Source of the DNA: Candidatus Spongiisociaceae bacterium
GTDB taxonomy: Bacteria; Actinomycetota; Acidimicrobiia; Spongiisociales; Spongiisociaceae
Reading direction: 5' to 3'
DNA length: 64,000 nt
Assembly (NCBI GenBank): GCA_965219685.1
Contig: CBDCOH010000002.1
Location: forward strand, 3,872,001-3,936,000
Positions 57,009 through 64,000 of this stretch are shown piece after piece (within the stretch, counting starts at the first letter, position 1; the number at the start of each line of letters is the position of its first letter). The notes below the pieces were generated by a model that did no database searches, was not told the DNA's origin, and saw nothing but the letters and a program-made list of their open reading frames with translations. A program made the position numbers and the translations under genes.

Positions 57009-58370
57009 TCAAAGGGTCGAGATCAGCGCCGCGTAGGAGTCCATCGATCCGGCCCGTTCCTCGAACCGGTAGACCTGCGGCGTGTAGACGTGGGTCCTCT
57101 CGAACGGGTGCTTGGTTCTCGGTATCGACGTGGGCCGCCACGGCGAGACCGGCCGGCCGGCCTTGACGATGGTGCGGATTCTCTCCCGGTCCTGCAGGAT
57201 CGTGACGTCCTCGTCCGGGTTGCCCTCCACGACCAGCAGGTCTGCGTACTTGCCCTCCGTCAGGGTGCCGATCTGGTCGGCATGCTGGGGCAGCGTCATG
57301 GCGCTGTTGCGGGTCATCGAGAGCAGGGCCTCGAAGTGGGACATGCCGAGCAGGTCGACGAACAGTTCCATCTCCCTGGCGTGCCACTCCCCGTAGGGAG
57401 TCATGGCGAAGCCCGACTCCGATCCGCCGACCAGCGTGGCGCCGTTCCGGTGCGCCTCGCTGAGGATGGCGGCCGCCGCGTCGAGCTCGCGCTTGAACCG
57501 GTCCCGAAGGGCGGGGGAGAGGTCGGCGCGGTTGGCCTCCAGGGTGTTGACCAGCAGCGTCATGGCCGGGAGCAGCGGGATGTCCTTCTCGACGACCATC
57601 TCGAGGGTCGGATGGTCCATGTAGGAGGCGTGCATGATCCAGTCGACCCCGGCCTTGGCCGCGTACTCGACCGACTGGCGGGACCGGGCGTGGATGGTGA
57701 CCGGACGGCCCAGCCGGTGCGCCTCGTCCACGGCCAGTTCGAGTTCCTCCAGGCGGAAGGAGGCGTACTCGTCGGACGAGTTGCCGGACCCGGCGATCTT
57801 GATGATGTTGACTCCGTCCTTAACCTCGTTGCGGATCTCCTGGAGCAGCTCGTCCCGGTTGCGGACCAGCGCCCCGAAGGACGACTCTGGAACCCCGATC
57901 CAGCTGGGGAACCCGTCCGAGATCCCCTGCTGGGTGGTGATCTGCTTCCCTGCGCACGCCATCCGCGGTCCCTGGACGAGGCCGGCTTCGATGGCGTCCC
58001 GCACCGCGATCGCCACCGAGTAGGGGCCTCCCGGGTCGCAGCTGGAGGTCACGCCCGCCATCAGAGCCTTCTCGGCATCTACCGAGGCCCGGATCGCCCG
58101 GTATTCGGCGGGTGTGTAGATCGACAGCTCCTCTTCGGACTCGGCCTCGCCGAAACTGATGTGCATGTGGCCGTCGACCAAGCCCGGCATCACCGTGGTG
58201 CCGGTGGTGTCGACCTCCTCGTAGCCGTTGGCCAGGAATTCCTGCGGGACGGCATCGGAGTCACCGACCCAGGCGATCCGGTCGCCCTCGACCACCACGC
58301 AGCCCCGGTCGATGACCGACTGGTCCTCGCAGGTCAGCACCCGGCCCCCGTTGAAGCGGTACCCGGTCAT
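57009..58370 (-). CDS. Amidohydrolase family protein (Xaa-Pro dipeptidase / imidazolonepropionase-like)
   Basis: MPGLVDGHMH, IIKI, TIHA, IMHA, GKYADLLVVEGNP. Confidence 0.9.
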   Translation of the reverse strand: MTGYRFNGGRVLTCEDQSVIDRGCVVVEGDRIAWVGDSDAVPQEFLANGYEEVDTTGTTVMPGLVDGHMHISFGEAESEEELSIYTPAEYRAIRASVDAEKALMAGVTSSCDPGGPYSVAIAVRDAIEAGLVQGPRMACAGKQITTQQGISDGFPSWIGVPESSFGALVRNRDELLQEIRNEVKDGVNIIKIAGSGNSSDEYASFRLEELELAVDEAHRLGRPVTIHARSRQSVEYAAKAGVDWIMHASYMDHPTLEMVVEKDIPLLPAMTLLVNTLEANRADLSPALRDRFKRELDAAAAILSEAHRNGATLVGGSESGFAMTPYGEWHAREMELFVDLLGMSHFEALLSMTRNSAMTLPQHADQIGTLTEGKYADLLVVEGNPDEDVTILQDRERIRTIVKAGRPVSPWRPTSIPRTKHPFERTHVYTPQVYRFEERAGSMDSYAALISTL

Positions 58371-58393
58371 GGCCTTACCTCCTCTTCCTCCGG

Positions 58394-59263
58394 TTACTGC
58401 GGGACGATCGGGAAGTACTTGCCGCCCATGGGTTCACCTATCTCGATTCCCACCTCGTCGTCGGAGTAGTTGAACTCGTAGCGCCTGCTGCCGAACCACC
58501 GGGTCCCGTCAGCGAAGAAGCGCACCACGATCGCCCGGCGGGGGATCGTCGAGACGTTGGGCAGCGAGGCGTGCCAGGTCAGGCAGTGGTGCATGGACAC
58601 AGACCCGGCCGGCACAGTGATCGTCTTAACCGGGAGGCCCACCTCGGCGGGATCGTCGATCGGCCTGACCGTCGGGGGCCGCAGGTCCTCCAGGTAGGTC
58701 GATCCGGTCCCGAAGGCGGCGGGCAGCGTCTCGCCCATGACGTGGCTCCCCGGCACCATCTGCATGGCTCCGTTCTCGGCGGTCACGTCGTCGAGCGCCA
58801 CCCAGGCGGTGACGGCGTTCGGCTGCGCTAGCGGCCAGTAGGGGTAGTCTTGGTGCCACTTGAGGCTGCCGCCCTTCCCCGGATCCTTGAACAGGGCGTT
58901 GTCCTCCAGGATCCGGACCTTCCGGGATCCCATCAACTGGGCCGCCCACCCGGCCAGCACCGGGTTGAAGGAGACGATCCGGATGTCCTGGTCCCAGGTC
59001 CAGAGGTTGAACAGGAAGCCCACCGACTTGCCCGGCTCGGGAGGAAGCACGCTGTCCTCGGGCCAGATGGCGGGATCCAGCAGGTCCCACTCCTCGCCCT
59101 TCCCCCTCTGAAGGACCCGCGCCCTCTCCACCACACCGCGCAGCATCTCTACCTGCTCGGTGGTGAATACCCGGCCCGGCCTCAGAAACCCCTTGTGGTG
59201 GAATTCGAGGAGTTCGTCGGCGCTCAGCGCGCTCGTGCGAACCTCGTCCGTCAGCGTTTGCAT
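58394..59263 (-). CDS. Phytanoyl-CoA dioxygenase (PhyH) family Fe/2OG dioxygenase
   Basis: WHQD, AWVALDD...ENG, PGSH, H.S.PN.S..RR. Confidence 0.92.
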   Translation of the reverse strand: MQTLTDEVRTSALSADELLEFHHKGFLRPGRVFTTEQVEMLRGVVERARVLQRGKGEEWDLLDPAIWPEDSVLPPEPGKSVGFLFNLWTWDQDIRIVSFNPVLAGWAAQLMGSRKVRILEDNALFKDPGKGGSLKWHQDYPYWPLAQPNAVTAWVALDDVTAENGAMQMVPGSHVMGETLPAAFGTGSTYLEDLRPPTVRPIDDPAEVGLPVKTITVPAGSVSMHHCLTWHASLPNVSTIPRRAIVVRFFADGTRWFGSRRYEFNYSDDEVGIEIGEPMGGKYFPIVPQ

Positions 59264-59312
59264 GCTTGACCTCCTTGCCGTCCGGTAAACACCTGAACAG
59301 TTGCTGATGTGC

Positions 59313-59681
59313 TCACTCGATCACTTCTACCGATGACGTTTCCACGGTGCACAGCAGAGGCGGATCTACATCGGCCCCTGCCTCAACCGAGTATGGCACT
59401 TCGCTTCCGGCTTCGACCCGGGCCACATTGAACTCCACCTCGTGGTAGACCTCGCTCGACAGGTCCAGCCACATCGCGAGGAGTTCCAGCCTCACCGCCA
59501 CGTCGGCGTCGTTTCGCAACATACCGCCGACCGATTCGGACGAACACTGGGAGACGCTCGCCAGTATGAAGGTCTCGACGTCGCGCTGGACATCGGAGCG
59601 GGGCAGGTAACAGGACACGGCCAGCAGCGAGATCGCGAGAAACAGCGGCAGTCGGCCGCGAGCCAGAGCCTGAGATCTCAC
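59313..59681 (-). CDS. Hypothetical lipoprotein
   Basis: Signal peptide ending LAVSC; GTGA overlap with the upstream gene. Confidence 0.6.
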   Translation of the reverse strand: MRSQALARGRLPLFLAISLLAVSCYLPRSDVQRDVETFILASVSQCSSESVGGMLRNDADVAVRLELLAMWLDLSSEVYHEVEFNVARVEAGSEVPYSVEAGADVDPPLLCTVETSSVEVIE

Positions 59682-60526
59682 GATCCTCGATGCTGCAGTT
59701 GGCGGTTGTAGTAGTCGGTGTAGGACATTACTTCCACGCCCCGATCAAGCGCGTACTCTATGACTCCGCTCGCCCAGCCGGTCCCTGCCTCGTTGTACCG
59801 GACCATCGCCCACTCGTGGAAGCATGCGCCGTACACGAGGTCCTTCTCGACGATCTCGTCCACACCCTCTTTCAGGACCTCGAGGAACTCGGCGCCCCGG
59901 TCGATCCCGTACTCCTCGAACCAGAAGCCGTCCAGCCAGTGCTGGAAGGGCACCTCCAGGATGTCGGGGAATCCCTGCTCCTCGTACCAGAACGGCTGGA
60001 CGTCGAGTGGTGACGGATTGTCATGCTGGGCGTTGCGGCCCCAGGAACTCACGTACTCGATGCCGGCGTCGGCGAGCAGTTGCAGCCGGTCGGGCCGGTC
60101 GGAGAGCCCCAGGTAGTAGCCGTGCGGGGTTCGCAAGCCGATGCAGTCGACGTCGAGGTGCTCCTTGATGAGCGAGGAGGTTGCCCCTAGTTCGTGGCGC
60201 AGCGCCTCGGTCGGCGACTGCGGGAACAGCCCTCCCCGCCACGTGTCGTCCTTGAAGAGGATATGGCTGTAGGTGTGCTGCTGGACGTCCAGCATGGGGC
60301 TGGCGGCCGCCTTCCTGATGGCGGGAAGGGCATGCAGCAAGGTTCGGCCGCAGACGAACAACGTACCCGTGACGCCGTGGGCTTCGTGATATGCCGTGAT
60401 GATCTCGAGACCCGCTTCCGTGGCGTCGTCGGGCAGGGAACTGTAGAAGCTCTCCCCGCCTCCCCTCGCCAGGTTCTCACCGATGGCGTGGTACTCCGTG
60501 TCATAGCCCATCAACATCGTTGCCAC
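59678..60526 (-). CDS. Polysaccharide deacetylase family protein
   Basis: YDTE, TLFVCG, QQHTYSH, GLRTP, FHEW; AAAGGA SD. Confidence 0.85.
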   Translation of the reverse strand: MATMLMGYDTEYHAIGENLARGGGESFYSSLPDDATEAGLEIITAYHEAHGVTGTLFVCGRTLLHALPAIRKAAASPMLDVQQHTYSHILFKDDTWRGGLFPQSPTEALRHELGATSSLIKEHLDVDCIGLRTPHGYYLGLSDRPDRLQLLADAGIEYVSSWGRNAQHDNPSPLDVQPFWYEEQGFPDILEVPFQHWLDGFWFEEYGIDRGAEFLEVLKEGVDEIVEKDLVYGACFHEWAMVRYNEAGTGWASGVIEYALDRGVEVMSYTDYYNRQLQHRGS

Positions 60527-60754
60527 GGCTTCGATTCCTTTCTAAGTGGTCGGTCTGCGAAGTGGCGCTGCGCCCTGCTTGCATGCCACCCCGCCACTCG
60601 GCGGACCTACCACCATAGGTCTGCCGAGCGCCTTTCCCGTTGGCCTTGGTGGTCGATGATGAAAATAGCCGGTCACCGAGGACGGGCCAACTGTCATCAC
60701 CGTCCCCGGTCATCCTGCCGGACCACGACGTGGAGCGCCCGAGATTGTCGGCAG

Positions 60755-60988
60755 TCAAGACCGTCCGGTGTCGAACCGATCGGAGCGGGACACACCCGCC
60801 TGCTTGAGGACTCTTGCCAGGAGGCCGACGTCGATGACACCGCCATGGGGGTTGGGAATCCACACCTTGAAGTGATCCCCCATGCTCATGTACTCGTGGC
60901 TACCCCCGTGCCAAGGCCCCTCGAAGCCCAAGCGGCGTAGCCTACGGATCAGGATCCTCCGGTTGACCGGAGCCAGCCGAGGGTTCAT
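60755..60988 (-). CDS. hicA: Type II TA toxin HicA
   Basis: LRRLGF....GGSH..M....V.IPNPH...I..GLL..VLKQAG. Confidence 0.88.
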   Translation of the reverse strand: MNPRLAPVNRRILIRRLRRLGFEGPWHGGSHEYMSMGDHFKVWIPNPHGGVIDVGLLARVLKQAGVSRSDRFDTGRS

Positions 60989-61254
60989 CGGTGGTAAAGG
61001 CTAACCCCGCCCATCGCAGGGATGTCAGTATCCCCATCGGCCAGTTTCAGAGAGGCCCATCCGACCAATACGTCTTGGAGGACCGACAACGCCTCTCCTT
61101 CGGTCGCGCCATATCCCCACGCACCCGGCGTCTCCGCCACCTCCGCGTAGTACCCGTCCGGGGCTTCCATCGGCTCGACCACGGCTCGGGCGGCAGCGGC
61201 TGCTGCCCACTCCTCGATCCGGCCCGTCGGCATCCCGGTATCCCGATCGGTCAT
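60985..61254 (-). CDS. hicB: Type II TA antitoxin HicB (no DNA-binding domain)
   Basis: DGYYAEV.E.PG.WGYGATE.EAL; ATGA overlap with hicA. Confidence 0.85.
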   Translation of the reverse strand: MTDRDTGMPTGRIEEWAAAAAARAVVEPMEAPDGYYAEVAETPGAWGYGATEGEALSVLQDVLVGWASLKLADGDTDIPAMGGVSLYHR

Positions 61255-61468
61255 GGCTCCGCTTGGTGCACGCAAGGTTCATCTACCCCGATGGTGACTA
61301 CCGAGCCGATTGTAGCGCGAGTTGAGACCAATAGCGGCCTATGACCTTCTTGTAGCGCGGTTTTAGCTGTTTCACCGCTGAGGGCTCTCACAGGCGCGAA
61401 GCCCGTGCTGCCCGTAACGAACCGTCGCAGGGCCGGGCGAACCGATGTCGCCACCTTCGGGCCTTCTC

Positions 61469-62317
61469 CTACGTCTCGGTGTGGCGGGCGGTGTCGAGGT
61501 CGCCGAGCGCTACGCCGGTGATCATGTCGACGAGGTGGCGGGGGGTTATGCCCTCCATGCTGGCAAGCTCGCCTATCTTCATTCCGTGGCGCAGCACCAC
61601 CACCCGGTCGCATACCTGGATCACGTCGTGCATGTTGTGACTGACGAGCAGGACCGCCACGCCCTGTTTCTTGAGGCGCTCGATCAGGTCCAGCACCAGG
61701 CGGGTCTGCTCGACTCCGAGTGCGGCCGTCGGCTCGTCCAGGACCACGATCTGGTTCCCCCATGCCACGGCCCGGCCGACGGCCACGGCCTGGCGCTGGC
61801 CTCCGGACAGCTTGTCCACGGGCTGGCGTACCGATGGGATGTCGATGCTGAGGCGGTCGAGGATCTCCTGCGACTCCCTGTACATCCGGCGGCGGTCCAT
61901 CCATCCAAGCCAGCCGAACACTCCCCACCTGAAGATGTGCTCCCGGTTCAGGAAGAGGTTGGTCGCCACATCCAGGGTGTCGACCAGGGAGAGATCCTGG
62001 TGAACGGTCTCCACGCCCAGCCGGTGGGCGGCCTGGGGACTCTCGATGGACACGACCGAGCCGTTGATGAGGATGTCCCCCGAGTCGGGAGTCAGGCCAC
62101 CCGAGACGCAGTTGACCACCGTCGTCTTGCCGGCGCCGTTGTCGCCGAGAAGGCCGAGCACCTCGCCGCGCCGGATCTCGAAGCTCACCTCCCTCGCGGC
62201 GCGGACCGCCCCGAACGACTTGGAGAGGGAACGAATCTCCAAGGCGACCGAACCGTTCGACCGGTCGGGAGCCATCCCGTTGGGGACGGGGCCGGTTGAT
62301 TCGCGGGTCAATGCCAT
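61469..62317 (-). CDS. Monosaccharide ABC transporter ATP-binding protein (single NBD)
   Basis: GDNGAGKT, VHQDL, LSGGQRQ, LDEPTAALG, SHN. Confidence 0.9.
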   Translation of the reverse strand: MALTRESTGPVPNGMAPDRSNGSVALEIRSLSKSFGAVRAAREVSFEIRRGEVLGLLGDNGAGKTTVVNCVSGGLTPDSGDILINGSVVSIESPQAAHRLGVETVHQDLSLVDTLDVATNLFLNREHIFRWGVFGWLGWMDRRRMYRESQEILDRLSIDIPSVRQPVDKLSGGQRQAVAVGRAVAWGNQIVVLDEPTAALGVEQTRLVLDLIERLKKQGVAVLLVSHNMHDVIQVCDRVVVLRHGMKIGELASMEGITPRHLVDMITGVALGDLDTARHTET

Positions 62318-62378
62318 CGAGCGTTCGCCTGTCAGGAGACCTCCTAGAGTATATGCCTCCTCTGGAAAGGAGGTCCGA

Positions 62379-62780
62379 GTGCCGGAATACGTCGTTCGAG
62401 CTGACACCACACCCCCGTCCGACCTCTCGGGAACCGCCTTCAGCCATCTTGACGTTCGCTGGCTGGTGAGCGCGGAACGCAACGGTGCGGAACTCACCGG
62501 AGTGGGCCAGACCATATATCCCGCCCACGGCGGAACCCACGAGATCCATTTCCATCCGAGCGCAGAGGAGGTCGTAATCGTCCAGTCCGGCCGGGGCCGG
62601 CATCTCGTGGGAGACACGTGGTACGACGTCGGACCCGGTGACATCATCTTCATCCCGCGGAACGCCGTCCACGGCGCGGAGTCCGCCGGGGATGAAGACC
62701 TCGTTATCTACTGGGTCCTCGGGGGAGCGGCCGGTCTGGATGAAGCCGGATACGAAGCGGTCAGCGGCCCACCCGATTGA
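62379..62780 (+). CDS. Cupin domain protein
   Basis: AAAGGAGG SD; HEIHFHP.AEE, GPGDIIFIPRNAVHG. Confidence 0.88.
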   Translation: MPEYVVRADTTPPSDLSGTAFSHLDVRWLVSAERNGAELTGVGQTIYPAHGGTHEIHFHPSAEEVVIVQSGRGRHLVGDTWYDVGPGDIIFIPRNAVHGAESAGDEDLVIYWVLGGAAGLDEAGYEAVSGPPD

Positions 62781-62808
62781 TGTTCCATCTACCGAGCGAC
62801 CACTGACC

Positions 62809-64000
62809 ATGGAACTCTGGCAGCATTCCGCCACTCAGTTACTCGACGCCTACCGCAGCGGGACCACCTCGCCCCGCGAGGCAGTCGAGTCGTCCCTGCG
62901 GCGGATCGAGCGTCTCGATCCGGCCATCGGTGCGTTCCGCGAGGTGTTCCACGAGCGCGCTCTTGACGAGGCGCGGCACCGCACCGACGAACTTGCCCGG
63001 GGCGAATGGGCAGGTCCGCTGCACGGCATTCCCGTCGCCATCAAGGAACTGTTCGACGTGGAAGGTGCGATCGGTAGCTACGGGTCCACGATCTTGGCAG
63101 ACCGCATCGCGCCGGCCGATGCCGCCGCGGTGGCGCGCTGGCGGGAGGCCGGAGCCATCGTGGTCGGCACGACCTGCTCCCATGAATTCGGCTGGGGGAT
63201 CACCACCCAGAACGCGAGGCTCGGGAGCACCCTGAACCCCTGGAACACGGAGCGCGTGCCGGGGGGATCCAGCGGAGGCTCGGCTGCCGCGCTCGCAGTC
63301 GGGATGGTCCCACTGGCGCTCGGGAGCGACACCGGCGGCTCGATCCGGATCCCGGCCTGCTTCTGCGGGATCGCGGGGATAAAGCCCACCTACGGCTTGG
63401 TATCCAAGCGCGGGGCCGTGTCGCTCGCCCCCTCCCTGGACCATCCGGGACCGCTCGCCCGCACCGTCCCGGATCTGGCGATCGGCCTGGCGGCGATGGC
63501 CGGATACGATGCCTTGGATCCCAGCACCCTGGCCGTCGAGCCGGCCTCGGGGTCAGTCACGGCTTCGCTAGCCGGGGTCCGGGTCGGCGTGGTCGCCGAC
63601 CTCCAACTCCGGGCGCTCCGGGATGACCACCGGGCCCGGTTCGACAGAGCCGTCGAAGTCATGGCGGAGGCGGGCGCCCGGCTGATCCCCCTGGGCCTTC
63701 CGGGGGCGGAGGAGATCCGTCCGACCTTCGCCGCGATCCAGATGGCCGAAGCGCACCACACCCATTCGTCGGTTCTGGGATTCTTCCCCGAGCGGGCATC
63801 CGAATACGGCGCCGACGTGAGAGGACGGCTGCAACTGGCGGCCGGCGTCACCCTGGCCGAGTACCTGTCCGCTCTCGAAAGCAAACGGGTCCTCCGGCGC
63901 TGCTTCGCCCGTCTGTTCGACGAGGTCGACGTGGTGGTCACCCCGATAACGGCCGGAGGGCCGTCCACCACCTCCGAGCCCGATATCGGGTTCGACGGTA
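62809..64000 (+). CDS. Amidase signature family protein (GatA/AtzE-like), 3'-partial
   Basis: Manual translation from ATG 62809 (absent from the ORF track): GPLHGIPVAIKELFD, PGGSSGGSAAA, LGSDTGGSIRIPA, GIKPTYG. Confidence 0.9.
   Translation, partial: MELWQHSATQLLDAYRSGTTSPREAVESSLRRIERLDPAIGAFREVFHERALDEARHRTDELARGEWAGPLHGIPVAIKELFDVEGAIGSYGSTILADRIAPADAAAVARWREAGAIVVGTTCSHEFGWGITTQNARLGSTLNPWNTERVPGGSSGGSAAALAVGMVPLALGSDTGGSIRIPACFCGIAGIKPTYGLVSKRGAVSLAPSLDHPGPLARTVPDLAIGLAAMAGYDALDPSTLAVEPASGSVTASLAGVRVGVVADLQLRALRDDHRARFDRAVEVMAEAGARLIPLGLPGAEEIRPTFAAIQMAEAHHTHSSVLGFFPERASEYGADVRGRLQLAAGVTLAEYLSALESKRVLRRCFARLFDEVDVVVTPITAGGPSTTSEPDIGFDG

Overview
High-GC bacterial DNA, most likely an actinobacterium of Acidimicrobiia type. 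This is inferred from gene content and lipoproteins with Thr/Ala-rich linkers, not verified. Four catabolic groups dominate. (i) Sugar-acid/oxidoreductase operons: 6 SDRs, 3 enolase-superfamily enzymes including an L-fuconate dehydratase-like protein, a lactonase, a Gfo/Idh/MocA enzyme and a CUT1 ABC transporter. (ii) A complete N-methylglutamate methylamine pathway: a gmaS/glnT-type ligase, mgsABC-like genes and soxBDAG/mgdABCD-like genes. (iii) A long minus-strand catabolic block: PhyH dioxygenase, amidohydrolase, TPP E1 alpha/beta with a stand-alone lipoyl protein, peptide-type ABC transporter, Mo-hydroxylase and aminotransferase. (iv) An arsP-arsR pair. Many toxin-antitoxin modules or remnants are interspersed. 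The most unusual signal is non-coding. A ~200-270 bp ORF-less element occurs three times (11160-11395 +, 25424-25635 +, 36262-36532 -). Each copy starts with a PafBC/RecA-NDp-like DNA-damage promoter and is followed by stems that stay paired in the diverged copy, making it a candidate undescribed structured RNA or non-autonomous mobile element. There is also a duplicated ~250 bp bidirectional promoter region (6707-6956 and 17343-17590) and several intergenic 7-mer tandem arrays. No rRNA, tRNA, CRISPR array or transposase was recognised. All calls are by eye; no searches were run.
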